From: Candidatus Micrarchaeota archaeon
GTDB taxonomy: Archaea > Micrarchaeota > Micrarchaeia > Norongarragalinales > SBBD01
Direction: 5' to 3'
Assembly (NCBI GenBank): GCA_043806595.1
Contig: JAZDGU010000018.1
Coordinates: 10,284-74,283 of the forward strand
DNA length: 64,000 bases
Under the pieces are notes generated by a model. It did no database searches and was not told the DNA's origin. It worked only from the letters and a program-made list of their open reading frames with translations. This document shows positions 1 to 9,500 of the stretch, in pieces (the first letter of the stretch is position 1; every line of letters starts with the position of its first letter). The position numbers were made by a program, and so were the translations under genes.

Positions 1-755
1 TGGAGGTCCGCGGACTGCGAGAGGAGGGCGTCGTTCTTGCGCTTGAGGTCGACGAGGGAGTTGATGAGGTTGGCAAACTCGGTCTCGCAGCCGCGCACGT
101 CCTCGTAGAGGAGGGTGGCGCGGACCGCGTCGATGTGCTTGGTGAGGTGGATGTGGCGCTCGGCGTCGGCCTTGTCCTTCTTGAGCGCGTCGAGCATGCC
201 CTCGCGCTCGTTGAGCAGCACGGTGTCCGAGCGAAGCTTGGCCTCGACGTCCTCCAGCTTTGAGAGGGCCTCGCGCTTCTTGTCCTCGTATTCCGTGACG
301 TTCGCGATGTTGTCCACCAGCCCGCGCCGCTCCTTCGAGCTCATCTCGACGATGCGCTGGACCTCGCCCTGCTGGATGATGTTGTAAGTGGAAACCCCGT
401 GGCCGCGCAGGAAGTCCTCGATGACGTAGCGGTGGGAGTGCTTGCCGTTCAGCGAATAGCGGAGCTTGCCGTCCCTGCGGATGGCGCGCGAGACCGTAGC
501 CTTCTCGCCGTTCTTGCCGCCGGCGAAGTGCATGCGCACCTCCGCGATCTTGGAGTCCTTGTAAATCAAGTCCTGCGTCTTCTTGGCGCGCAGGTGGCGG
601 ATGCGGCTCTCGCCGAGGGCGAACAGCACGGCGTCGACGATGTTGGTTTTGCCGCTTCCGTTTGGGCCGACGATGGCGTTGAAGCCGTCCACGACGTGCA
701 CGGTGGCGTCGCGGAAGGACTTGAAGTTCTTGAGCTCGAGCTTGTCGACGAACAT
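1..755 (-). CDS. smc: Chromosome segregation protein SMC, N-terminal part (runs off the window)
   Basis: Manual translation from ATG at 755: MFVDKLELKNFKSF...NAIVGPNGSGKTNIVDAVLFALG (Walker A), Q-loop IIQQGEV, then coiled coil. Not in the ORF track because there is no stop in the window. Confidence 0.93.
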   Translation of the reverse strand, partial: MFVDKLELKNFKSFRDATVHVVDGFNAIVGPNGSGKTNIVDAVLFALGESRIRHLRAKKTQDLIYKDSKIAEVRMHFAGGKNGEKATVSRAIRRDGKLRYSLNGKHSHRYVIEDFLRGHGVSTYNIIQQGEVQRIVEMSSKERRGLVDNIANVTEYEDKKREALSKLEDVEAKLRSDTVLLNEREGMLDALKKDKADAERHIHLTKHIDAVRATLLYEDVRGCETEFANLINSLVDLKRKNDALLSQSADL

Positions 756-916
756 CTTGAAGACCGGCGGATTATACGATTGCAGGGGACGGCGCAGAAT
801 AATAACAGAAAAAGGTTTTTAAGGCGAATCGCGGCTCTCGAGACTGGGCGGGTATGTCACGACGGGCCTCGAAAAGGTTTATAACCGGAGGAAGGCAAAG
901 GGCTGTTGATGCGGCA

Positions 917-1975
917 ATGATGCTGGACGCGACGACGTACAAGACGGTTCTGACGCCAGAGGCAGCGCTCGGCATCATACAGAAGGAGCTCGCCAAGAAG
1001 GGCTGGAAGAAGCCCGAGGTAGAGGACGTCCGGCTCGTCTACACGCCATTCTACCTGTTCTCCTTCGATGTCGCGGCGGAAGGCGCGCCGCCGATTACCG
1101 GTAAGGCCGCGCTCAACGCCTTCAGCGGCGAAATCAACGAGATTGTGCCGATGATACTGGAGAGGCCGCTGACCCGCATGAAGGAAATCAGGGAGGGCGA
1201 GGTCGAGGAGACGGCGATCACCCCGACCGAGGCAAGGGACGCGGCCCTCGCCAAGCTGGCGGTGCAGACCGGCGTGAAGAAGGAGATGATCGCAGTGTCG
1301 GCGTTCTCCAAGTCGTACGTGCCGTTCTACAGGGTGTGGGTGAACGTGCACCGCGAGCCGTACAAGGCGGAAGTCGACGCGCTCATGGGCAGCATGGTGG
1401 GCCTCGAGGGCGTGCACGAGAAGCCCAAGAGCTGGGGCGAGGCCGCAAACGACACGATAAACAAGATGAAGACGCCTTCGGGCTGGGCGGAACTCGGGGG
1501 GAAGACGATAAAGACGATCACCGGAGGCGGGGGCCGCGGCGGCTCGCGTGACGAACGCGCCGGGGGGCACACGGGGTCGGAATTCGCGCTCGGCGGCAGC
1601 CCGTTCACCAAGATAACGGGCACGAGGGAGGGCCGCTGGCTGATACTGCTCGTCGCCATCATCGTCCTCGCGTGGCTATTCCTTTACCAGCAGCAGGGCA
1701 GCGCGCAGTGCAAGGGCGACATATTCCAGACCGGCGGGCAGTGCGTGCTCGAGGGCGACTGCGGCTTCAACAACGGCGCAAAGCAGGCCGAATACGTGAC
1801 CACGAGGATAATGATCTACCAAGACGGGCAGGAGAGGCTCGACCTCGGGGAAATCGTCGGCATGCAGGTAGACGCCGGCGGCAAGGCCGACGTCTGGCGC
1901 AAGCAGTTCAACGTCACGTGGAACCGGAGCGGGGTAGACTGCGGCGCGTTCTCGTGGAAGTCCGACAAGGTCTGA
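917..1975 (+). CDS. Hypothetical membrane protein with two tandem PepSY-like repeats, one TM helix and an external Cys-containing domain
   Basis: Repeats LTPEAA...VYTPFY and ITPTEA...SYVPFY...EVDALMG; TM WLILLVAIIVLAWLFLY; TATA-like TTTATA upstream. Confidence 0.6.
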   Translation: MMLDATTYKTVLTPEAALGIIQKELAKKGWKKPEVEDVRLVYTPFYLFSFDVAAEGAPPITGKAALNAFSGEINEIVPMILERPLTRMKEIREGEVEETAITPTEARDAALAKLAVQTGVKKEMIAVSAFSKSYVPFYRVWVNVHREPYKAEVDALMGSMVGLEGVHEKPKSWGEAANDTINKMKTPSGWAELGGKTIKTITGGGGRGGSRDERAGGHTGSEFALGGSPFTKITGTREGRWLILLVAIIVLAWLFLYQQQGSAQCKGDIFQTGGQCVLEGDCGFNNGAKQAEYVTTRIMIYQDGQERLDLGEIVGMQVDAGGKADVWRKQFNVTWNRSGVDCGAFSWKSDKV

Positions 1976-1999
1976 TTGCGGCGGTGAACCGGCAACCCC

Positions 2000-3019
2000 A
2001 TGGCCACCTGTGATAATTGCGGCAAACGCGCGACGGTAAGGCTGCACTACAACGGCACCGGCCTCTGCGCGGAATGCTTCTGCGCGCAGTTCGAGAAGAG
2101 GGTGTGGAAGGCAAACAAGGACTTCGGCATGCTGAAGCTCGGGGACCGCGTCGCCGTGGCGGTGTCGGGAGGCAAGGACTCCGGCGCGATGCTCTATGTT
2201 CTGGAGAAGATGAGGCCGAAGATCCGCGGGCTCGAGCTGTTCCCGGTGATTGTGGACGAGGGGATTCCGGGCTACCGCGGTTCCGGGATTCGCAAGGCTG
2301 AAGAGCTCTGCAGGATGCTCTGCCTGCCGCTCGCGGTCTACCGTTTCTCGGACCACTTCAAGGCCATCAGCGAAATAACCGGGAGGCGGGACAGGCTCGT
2401 AAAGCGGAAGAAGGCGGGATTCAAGCGGCGGAGGGCGTGCACCTACTGCGGGGTGTTCCGGCGCTCCATGCTGGACACGGCCGCCAAGGAGCTCGGGGCC
2501 GACAAGCTCGCCGTGGGGCACAACGCCGACGACCTCGCGCAGACGTTCCTCATGAACCTACTGCACCGCGACGAAGGCAGGCTGCGTACGTTTGCGCCGG
2601 CGAGCGACGGGTTCGGGGGATTCGTGCCGAGAATTAGGCCGCTCGCCTACAACCCGGAGGAGGAGAGCAGGATCTACTGCAGGCTCCGCGGAATACCCTT
2701 CTACGACTGCCGCTGCCCGAACTCCTCGGAGAGCTTCCGCGGGGAGGTCAAGCGCTTCCTCAACGGCGTCGAGGAGAAGTTCCCGGGAGCGAAGTTCAAC
2801 GTCCTGCGCGCGTACCTCGACCTGCAAGGAAAATTCGACGGGCATGAAAAGCCGGCCAAATCAAAGGCGGCCGCCTGCAATTCCTGCGGCACGCCTTCCT
2901 CGGGCTCCGAGTGCATGGCGTGCAGGCTCATGGAAGAGCTCGGATGGAAACGCGCCTCCGCGGGAACCAGACGACCCGCTTTTTCCCCCACCTGCCGCCG
3001 CGGTAGTCGTACTCGATGA
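2000..3019 (+). CDS. ttuA: tRNA 2-thiolation protein (TtuA/Ncs6 family)
   Basis: N-terminal CxxC..CxxC, PP-loop SGGKDS, ACTYCGVFRR, GHNADD, C-terminal Zn finger. Confidence 0.9.
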   Translation: MATCDNCGKRATVRLHYNGTGLCAECFCAQFEKRVWKANKDFGMLKLGDRVAVAVSGGKDSGAMLYVLEKMRPKIRGLELFPVIVDEGIPGYRGSGIRKAEELCRMLCLPLAVYRFSDHFKAISEITGRRDRLVKRKKAGFKRRRACTYCGVFRRSMLDTAAKELGADKLAVGHNADDLAQTFLMNLLHRDEGRLRTFAPASDGFGGFVPRIRPLAYNPEEESRIYCRLRGIPFYDCRCPNSSESFRGEVKRFLNGVEEKFPGAKFNVLRAYLDLQGKFDGHEKPAKSKAAACNSCGTPSSGSECMACRLMEELGWKRASAGTRRPAFSPTCRRGSRTR

Positions 3020-3626
3020 ATTTGTCGAACGGGATCTCGAGCGCGACGACCTCGTCTTCCGAAAGCCGGTCGAGCTCCATTACGATCGAGCGGAGGCTGT
3101 TGCCGTGCGCGACGACGAGCACGTTCTCGCCCTTCTTCAGCAGGGGCACGATTTTTTTATGGAAGTAGGGCAGCGTCCTATTGCAGGTGTCCTCGAGGCT
3201 CTCGCCGCCCGGCGGCCTCGTGCGGAAGCTCCTCCGCCAGAGCCTGACGTGCGCCTCGCCATACACGCGCGCGGTCTCCGCCTTGTCCAGTCCCTGCAGG
3301 TCGCCATAGTGCCTCTCGTTGAGCGCGTCGTCCTGATGGACGGGAATCCCGCCGGGGACTGGCTTGTGCCTCTCCTGTGGCTTGCCGTGCGGGATGACGA
3401 GGAACTTCCCGTCCGGGAATTTCGAGCACGCGATGAGCATCGTCTCGACCGCGCGCACGAGGTTGGACGTGAACACTGCGTCGAAGGAATAGTCCCTGAG
3501 CTTTGTGGCGACGGCGAGCGCGTCCCTGCGGCCCTCGACGGCGAGCGGGATGTCCACCCAGCCGGTGAAGAGGTTCCTCACGTTCCACACAGAGCGGCCG
3601 TGGCGCAGCAAAACGAGTTTCGGCAC
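2928..3626 (-). CDS. gpmA: 2,3-bisphosphoglycerate-dependent phosphoglycerate mutase
   Basis: LVLLRHG, NLFTGWVD, LNERHYGDLQGL, PPGGESL, AHGNSLR motifs. Confidence 0.95.
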   Translation of the reverse strand: MPKLVLLRHGRSVWNVRNLFTGWVDIPLAVEGRRDALAVATKLRDYSFDAVFTSNLVRAVETMLIACSKFPDGKFLVIPHGKPQERHKPVPGGIPVHQDDALNERHYGDLQGLDKAETARVYGEAHVRLWRRSFRTRPPGGESLEDTCNRTLPYFHKKIVPLLKKGENVLVVAHGNSLRSIVMELDRLSEDEVVALEIPFDKFIEYDYRGGRWGKKRVVWFPRRRVSIRALP

Positions 3627-3862
3627 AGCAAATGCACCCCCAGTAGGGGCAAGGATAAGGTTGTTTTTATTCCTTCACTTCGACGCATTCGCACCGGAAC
3701 GGTGGTAAGCAAAGGCGTATTAACCACCCCTGCGCAAGAAGCCTTGGGGGAAGCGGAAAGGGGTTTCGCTTTCATGCCACACGGCGCGCAAACTCCGCGG
3801 AAGATATCCGCAAAATCGCGCCAACGGCGGGACTGACCCTGTTTCCCTTCCCCTGTTCATTC

Positions 3863-4336
3863 TCACGACTGCTGGACAATCTTCACGGACTTCATGACCA
3901 CGGGCTGGAGGGGCCTGTCATTCGCGTCCTTGGGGACGCCGCCGATCTTCTGCACGACGTCCATGCCATTGACGACCTTCCCGAAGACCGCGTGGCGGCC
4001 GTCCAGCCACGGCGTGGAGTCGAGGGTGATGAAGAACTGGCTCCCGCCCGTGTTCGGGCCCGCGTTCGCCATGGAAAGCATTCCGGGGCCGGAGTGGGCA
4101 AGGCCGGGGCCGAACTCGTCCTCAATCTCGTAGCCCGGGCCGCCCGTGCCGTCCCCCTTCGGGCAGCCGCCCTGTACCATGAAGCCCGGGATGACGCGGT
4201 GGAAGGTCAGGCCGTCGTAGAACTTCTTCTCCGCGAGCTTGACGAAATCGGCGACCGTCTTCGGCGCCTTGTCCATGAAAAGCTCGACGTCTATGACGCC
4301 GAGGGACGTGTCGAATATCGCGTGCGGGTTGGGCAA
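3863..4336 (-). CDS. ppiA: Cyclophilin-type peptidyl-prolyl isomerase
   Basis: [40 protein letters not shown]. Confidence 0.95.
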   Translation of the reverse strand: MPNPHAIFDTSLGVIDVELFMDKAPKTVADFVKLAEKKFYDGLTFHRVIPGFMVQGGCPKGDGTGGPGYEIEDEFGPGLAHSGPGMLSMANAGPNTGGSQFFITLDSTPWLDGRHAVFGKVVNGMDVVQKIGGVPKDANDRPLQPVVMKSVKIVQQS

Positions 4337-4366
4337 ATCTGCTCACCTTGGTTTGGGGGTATTGAG

Positions 4367-4439
4367 TGGGCCCGCGGAGAATCGGACTCCGGATCTCCAG
4401 TGTGTGAGACTGGCGTCTTAACCACTCGACTACGGGCCC
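4367..4439 (-). tRNA. tRNA-Val(CAC)
   Basis: Cloverleaf: acceptor GGGCCCG/CGGGCCC+A, anticodon arm CCAGT-CTCACAC-ACTGG, T-arm CGGAG-TCCGATT-CTCCG. No intron; CCA not encoded. Confidence 0.92.
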
Positions 4440-4487
4440 TTCCTAAAAGTAGGTGAAAACGGTTTAAAAAAACGATGCCAGCCTTTC

Positions 4488-4826
4488 CTAATCGTATTTC
4501 GGCTGGCCGTGGCTTCGCGTGGTGCTGACGCCCGTCGTCTCGTTGAAGCGTGAGAACTGGCGGAAAGGCGCGTTCTCGGCCCGCTCGCGCGCCCGCGCCT
4601 CCTGCTCGCGCTTCTTGTCGAAGATGCGCAGGTGCTTGCCGCACGAGATGCAGTAGCAGACCTCGCGCGTGATGCGCGGCTGGTACTGGTCGTCGTAGAC
4701 GTCCTTGCGCTCCATGGGATTGGAGAGCATGACCTTCTCGATGCAGACGGCCTTGTCCTTGCGCGTGAGCCTGCCGCACTTGCCGCAGGGTATGAGACGC
4801 TCCTTTCCTCTGCCCAATTCAAACAC
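4488..4826 (-). CDS. rps26e: Ribosomal protein eS26 (S26e)
   Basis: GRG...CGKCGRLTRKDKAV...YCISCGKH matches the eS26 Zn-finger pattern RG..CxxC.R..PKDKA...YCVSCA.H. Confidence 0.8.
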   Translation of the reverse strand: MFELGRGKERLIPCGKCGRLTRKDKAVCIEKVMLSNPMERKDVYDDQYQPRITREVCYCISCGKHLRIFDKKREQEARARERAENAPFRQFSRFNETTGVSTTRSHGQPKYD

Positions 4827-4832
4827 CTCTGG

Positions 4833-6224
4833 TTAATCCTGTCCGCTGCCGCCGAACTCGCGCCTGATCCTGGAAACGAGCCTCTTCTTAGCCGGCGTGC
4901 CCTTGAGCGCGTGCTGTAAGACGTCATGCCAATGGGATGCCGTAACTATTTCAATCTTTCCATTCTGCTCGCGGTCGAGGACGATGTCGCCGAGGTTCGA
5001 TGCCGGAACCACGGCCTTGCGCATGCCCGCCTCTATCGCCGCCTCGATCTTCTGCGTGACGCCGCCGACGGGGAGGACCTCGCCGCGGACGGAAATAGAG
5101 CCAGTCATGGCCACCCCCTGGTCCACGGGGATCTCCTCCAGCGCGGACAGGACCGCGGTCGCGACGGCGATGCTCGCGCTGTCGCCCTCGACGCCCTCGT
5201 AGGTCTGCAGGAACTGGACGTGGATGTCGAAGCCGCTGACGTCCTTGCCGATGTGCTTCTTGAGCAGCGCGCTGACGTTCTCGACGGCCTCCTGGGCTAT
5301 CTCGCCGAGCTTGCCGGTGGCGATTATCTTGCCCTCGGCCTTGCTCGCAGCGGGAGCGACTTCGGCGACTATCGGCAAAAGGATGCCCGAGTCGCCCATG
5401 ACCGCGAGGCCGTTCACCCTGCCGACCTCGAAGCCCGTGTTGACGAAAACGCGGTAGTCCTTCTTGACGTCGATGAACTGCTGCGCCATCTGCTGCTCGA
5501 GGGTCCTGGAAAGGCGTTTGGCCATCTTCACGTCCGTCGAGGAGACGGCCGGGGACTTGTGCTCTCGCGCGACGTCGCCCGCGGCACGGATGAGGCCGCC
5601 GAGCTCGCGCAGCTTGAGCGTCAGGCGGTTCTTGCGGCCGGCGCGCTTGCGCGCCTCATAGACGAGTTCCTGGATGCCGCCGGAGTCGAAGTGCGGGATC
5701 TTGCCGTCCTTCTTGACCTCCTGCGCGATGAACTGCACGAGCTTGAGCCGGTTGGCGAGGTTGTCCTCCATGGTCTCGTCCATGTAGACCTCGTAGCCGA
5801 AGCCGCGGATGCGGGAGCGGAGCGCGGGGTGCATCTTCTGGACGTCGAAGTAGTTGCCAGCGGCGATGAGCACGAAGTCGCACGGCACCGGCTGGGTCTT
5901 GACCTGCGCGCCGCTAGACATCTCGCTCTGGCCGGTGATGCTCAGCCTCTTCTCCTGGATCGCGGTCAGCAGCTCCTGCTGGGCCTTGGGCTTGAGCGTG
6001 GAGACCTCGTCGATGAAGAGCACGCCACGGTGCGCCCTGTGGATGGCACCCGCCGCGATGCGCAAGTGGGGCGGGGTGCCGAGGCCGCCGCTGTTGCGGA
6101 CTAGCACGCCGTTCGCGAAGTAGTTGCCCGTGGACGTAGTCATGTTGTAGACCGTGCCGTCGAAAGGCAGGAGCCTCTTCGCGGCCGCAGGCGCTGTGGA
6201 GAGCTTGAAACGCATGGCTACCAT
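4833..6224 (-). CDS. lonB: Lon (LonB) protease C-terminal half fused behind a split-intein C-fragment
   Basis: SGGLGTPPH, Walker B GVLFIDE, sensor [10 protein letters not shown], catalytic GDSAS and GGVTQK dyad. No Walker A or TM segment. Possible starts at 6215, 6224 or 6242. Confidence 0.9.
   Translation of the reverse strand: MVAMRFKLSTAPAAAKRLLPFDGTVYNMTTSTGNYFANGVLVRNSGGLGTPPHLRIAAGAIHRAHRGVLFIDEVSTLKPKAQQELLTAIQEKRLSITGQSEMSSGAQVKTQPVPCDFVLIAAGNYFDVQKMHPALRSRIRGFGYEVYMDETMEDNLANRLKLVQFIAQEVKKDGKIPHFDSGGIQELVYEARKRAGRKNRLTLKLRELGGLIRAAGDVAREHKSPAVSSTDVKMAKRLSRTLEQQMAQQFIDVKKDYRVFVNTGFEVGRVNGLAVMGDSGILLPIVAEVAPAASKAEGKIIATGKLGEIAQEAVENVSALLKKHIGKDVSGFDIHVQFLQTYEGVEGDSASIAVATAVLSALEEIPVDQGVAMTGSISVRGEVLPVGGVTQKIEAAIEAGMRKAVVPASNLGDIVLDREQNGKIEIVTASHWHDVLQHALKGTPAKKRLVSRIRREFGGSGQD
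6093..6224 (-). mobile_element. Intein C-terminal fragment (IntC, blocks F and G)
   Basis: [25 protein letters not shown] followed by +1 Ser of SGGLGT. Confidence 0.88.
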
Positions 6225-6257
6225 CAAGTGAATTGCATTCATTGAACCCTCGAAAGC

Positions 6258-6297
6258 TTATAAAACCGCTTTTCCGCGCCTCGGGGAAAGGTTTAAA
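6258..6297. promoter_or_regulatory. Divergent archaeal TATA boxes for IntC-lonC and the ORF at 6333
   Basis: TTTTATAA on the minus strand (~6258-6265) and TTTAAA on the plus strand (~6292-6297). Confidence 0.6.
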
Positions 6298-6332
6298 GCC
6301 GGCCGCGGGGTTATGCAGGAGGGGATTAACCC

Positions 6333-6686
6333 ATGGAACCCATGCCCGACTTCGACACCTGGTTCAGCCTGATGAGCCTCGTCTTCTTCGGAATGCTGAC
6401 GCTCTACTCGGCGAGGACGTACCTCTTCTTCCGGGAAAGCAGCCTCGCACAGCACCTCCGGCTCCTCAGCGTCGGCCTGTTCATGTTCACGTTGAGCAAG
6501 GCGATCCAACTTTACCAGTACACCGCAGGCACGACGTTCTACCAGCTGACGAACACCGTCGAGCTCGCCGCGGCGCTGTTCCTGCTAGGCGGCGTTCTCG
6601 ACTTCAAGCGCGAGTTCATGAAGTTCAAGTGGCTCAAGGAGATGGAGGCGGCGATCCGCAACGAGAAGAGAAAGCCAGTAGTCTGA
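6333..6686 (+). CDS. Hypothetical membrane protein (3 TM)
   Basis: Three hydrophobic segments, host-like codon usage, GGAGG upstream. Confidence 0.65.
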   Translation: MEPMPDFDTWFSLMSLVFFGMLTLYSARTYLFFRESSLAQHLRLLSVGLFMFTLSKAIQLYQYTAGTTFYQLTNTVELAAALFLLGGVLDFKREFMKFKWLKEMEAAIRNEKRKPVV

Positions 6687-6743
6687 GCCCGCCGATAAGC
6701 CGGAATTGCCGGCAACGCTCCCCCCTATAGAATCGGTGAATTA

Positions 6744-7317
6744 ATGCCACAAGAGCAGGAGAAAGGGCCGATTCCGTACATGGCGTTCTACCACAGCACG
6801 GCTACGGAAGGGTTGATGGAAAGGCAGTTGAAGAAGCTCGGGAAAACAAGCCTGCCCCCCAAACCGGCATACTCGTTCCTGGCAGGGACAAACCCGGAAG
6901 CGTTCCCCCCCCGAGAGGCTTGGGGCAAAGCGGATAGCGGTCAAGAGGATTCCGCTGGAGTACGCCGAAGAACTTCTTTCCCGCGGCCTCACCGGCAGGA
7001 ACCCGTCGTACATCGGGTTTATCTGGTACGAGCGGGAAAGGGGCGGTTACACGACGGACGTTTACGATCCTAAGGACCATCCTGACTGGAAGGTCGCGGG
7101 CGGGCTCGCCAATTGGATGGAGGCAGTCACCACCAACCACCTCAAAAAAACGTACGGGGCAAGATTTTTTTCCACGCCGTTTTCGTCTTCCGGCTCCAGA
7201 AGGGGACAGGTCGAACGGTGGGGATTGAAGGCCGGCACGCAATACCACGTCGACTCATGGATGAAGGGATTGGGCAAGGGTTTGCGCGGAACCCTGCAGA
7301 AGCGGCGGCAACGCTAG
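6744..7317 (+). pseudogene. Hypothetical protein frameshifted at a C8 tract
   Basis: Removing one C from 6905-6912 joins MPQEQEK...AFPP to ERLGAKRIAV...ANWMEAVTTNHL...RQR as one 190-aa ORF. Confidence 0.65.
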
Positions 7318-8204
7318 ACCATCAGCTCCTTTCCTTCCTCCGCGGCCTCGGCCGCGGGGAATATCTTCCTTGCCTCGTCCACGAGAGGCGAGACGTCCGA
7401 GTAGCGGTTGCTGAAGTGCGTCAGCACGAGCTTCTTCGCCCCTGCCTTCTTCGCGGTCTCGGCGGCCTGCTTTGCCGTCGAATGGAACTTCAGCTTGGCG
7501 GTAGCGGCCTCCTCCGAGGAGAACGTGCTGTCGTGGATGAGCAGGTCGGCGGCCTTCGCCGCGCGCGTGAGGGAAGCGCATGGCATGGTATCGCCGCTGT
7601 AGACGATCCTCTTTCCTTCCTTGACGAAGGTGACGTCCTCCAGCCGGATCTTCCTCCCGTCGACGGAGACGCTGCCCTTCTCCGTAATTTCGGAGAACAG
7701 CCTGCCCTTGATCCCGAGGCCGCGCGCCTTGTCCGCGTAGAACTTGTGTATGGGCTGCTCCTCGAGAGTGTAGCCGAGTGCCGCGGTGTTGTGCTTGACG
7801 GGGAAGGCCGAAACCTTCACGAGCTTGTCGTCGAACACCTGCCGGGACGAGGAGATTTCGGTGACGTCGTACGGGTAGCCGAAGCGGAAGGGCTTGAGGG
7901 AGAAAAGCGAGGCGAGGAAGTCCTTCGTGCCCTTAGGGCCGTAGAAGTGAAGGGGCGTCTTGCGCTCCTGGATGCCGAGAGTCTGCGTGAGGCCCGCGAC
8001 GCCGATGACGTGGTCGGCGTGCAGGTGCGAGAGGAAGATGTTGTCGACCTTGGAGTAGCTGATGGTGAACTTCATCATCTGCCGCTGGACGCCCTCGGCG
8101 CAGTCGAAGAGGAACGTGCCGCCCGTCTTGACCGCGAAGCACGAGGGCACGCGGCCCGGCGACGGCACCGCAGCGGAACTGCCCAGAAAAACCACTCGCA
8201 GCAT
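7314..8204 (-). CDS. rnz: Ribonuclease Z
   Basis: FLGSSAAVPS, FDCAEG, SHLHADH, YSGDT, HST, LTHFSNRY. Confidence 0.95.
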   Translation of the reverse strand: MLRVVFLGSSAAVPSPGRVPSCFAVKTGGTFLFDCAEGVQRQMMKFTISYSKVDNIFLSHLHADHVIGVAGLTQTLGIQERKTPLHFYGPKGTKDFLASLFSLKPFRFGYPYDVTEISSSRQVFDDKLVKVSAFPVKHNTAALGYTLEEQPIHKFYADKARGLGIKGRLFSEITEKGSVSVDGRKIRLEDVTFVKEGKRIVYSGDTMPCASLTRAAKAADLLIHDSTFSSEEAATAKLKFHSTAKQAAETAKKAGAKKLVLTHFSNRYSDVSPLVDEARKIFPAAEAAEEGKELMV

Positions 8205-8214
8205 TCTCTAAACC

Positions 8215-9477
8215 TCATGGGACGCCGACTACGACGTCGCAGGCGTTGGTGCCCGTCGGACCAGTGACGACCAGCGAGCCGCCGAGGCGCCTGAAGAAAG
8301 TATTTGAGTCGTTGCGGCTTAAATACTCTTCCGCACGCAGGCCGCGGCCTTCCGCCCGCGCGGACGTATTCGAGTCAACCAAGGCGCCGGCGGCATGCGA
8401 AACGCCATCCACGCCGTCCGTGCCAGCGGCAAGCAGAACCCCCCGCTTCAATCGCATCGAGGCGGCAAGCGCAAGCTCCTGACATCGTCCCCCACGGCCC
8501 TTCCCGCGGACGGTGACGACAGTCTCGCCACCCGCGACGAAGCACGCGCCCGAATTCACGACGGAGGCGAGGTTGCGGCCGACGGTGCGCGCCTCTCCCT
8601 GCATGCGCTTGATCGCCAACGGGTTCAGGCCGCGGCATCGCAGGTATCCGACGGCGGCGTCGACGGCATGATCGTTGTCGGCGAGGACGAAGCTGGAAAT
8701 CCGCGGCATGGGGCGGCGCGCGAGGTCGAGCGAGGAGATGACCTTCAGCGCCTTGCGTCCGGCGGGAGTGCCCGCGATGCCCCGCATGCGGATGATGCGG
8801 GCCGCCCTGCGGGCATCCGGCTTGACGTCCACCGTGGGCGCCGAGGCGATGACTTCGAGCGGCGAGCCGACGACGTCGGAAATCACGAGGTTGACCAGAT
8901 CCGCGCGGTGGAACGCCGAGGCGAGGCCGCCGGCCTTTATTTGCGAAAGGCACTGCCGCACCGCGTTCAGCTCGCCGACGGGTGCGCCGGCCCTCATCAG
9001 GAGCGAGGAAACCCCGCACATTTCCTTGATGGAAATCCCCTGGAGGGGCAGTTCGGCGAGAGCGGAACCGCCGCCGGAAACCAGAGAAACGACAAGGTCG
9101 CCGGGGCGCACGCCTTCTGCTAGCGCCAGCATTGCGCGCGCGGCTGCGGCGGACTTGGCGCAAGGCAGGGGATGCGTGGACTCGACGAGGCGGATGTTCT
9201 TCGTTGAAAAGCGTCTGGCGGTGCCTTGCGGCACGGCGACGACGCCGGCCTCGACGGGGACCGCCTTTTCGAGCGCCTCGGCCATCGCGCCCGAGGCCTT
9301 TCCCATGCCGATCGCGAAGATCCTGCGGGCCTTGAACTGCCTGCCCCTGACGTTAAGGCCCGCTTTGGAAAAGGAGACCGAATCGCCGACGATGCGGCGG
9401 GGGTCGCAGGCCGTGACCGCGACCGTGAACGCGGCTAGGCACAGGGCCCGTTTGCCGGAATCGGCGCGCGAAGGCAT
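8215..9477 (-). CDS. Glycerate kinase, MOFRL/DUF4147 family
   Basis: GMGKAS, THPLP, SGGGSAL, ISDVVG, GGETVV, GGRCQE, GTDGVDG, TGPTGTN. Confidence 0.9.
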   Translation of the reverse strand: MPSRADSGKRALCLAAFTVAVTACDPRRIVGDSVSFSKAGLNVRGRQFKARRIFAIGMGKASGAMAEALEKAVPVEAGVVAVPQGTARRFSTKNIRLVESTHPLPCAKSAAAARAMLALAEGVRPGDLVVSLVSGGGSALAELPLQGISIKEMCGVSSLLMRAGAPVGELNAVRQCLSQIKAGGLASAFHRADLVNLVISDVVGSPLEVIASAPTVDVKPDARRAARIIRMRGIAGTPAGRKALKVISSLDLARRPMPRISSFVLADNDHAVDAAVGYLRCRGLNPLAIKRMQGEARTVGRNLASVVNSGACFVAGGETVVTVRGKGRGGRCQELALAASMRLKRGVLLAAGTDGVDGVSHAAGALVDSNTSARAEGRGLRAEEYLSRNDSNTFFRRLGGSLVVTGPTGTNACDVVVGVP

Positions 9478-9500
9478 TTTGTTCACCGGCCTGCAGGGGC

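Noticed and set aside
2928..3019. 92-bp convergent overlap of ttuA and gpmA
   Set aside because: Only non-conserved tails overlap, which is common in compact genomes.
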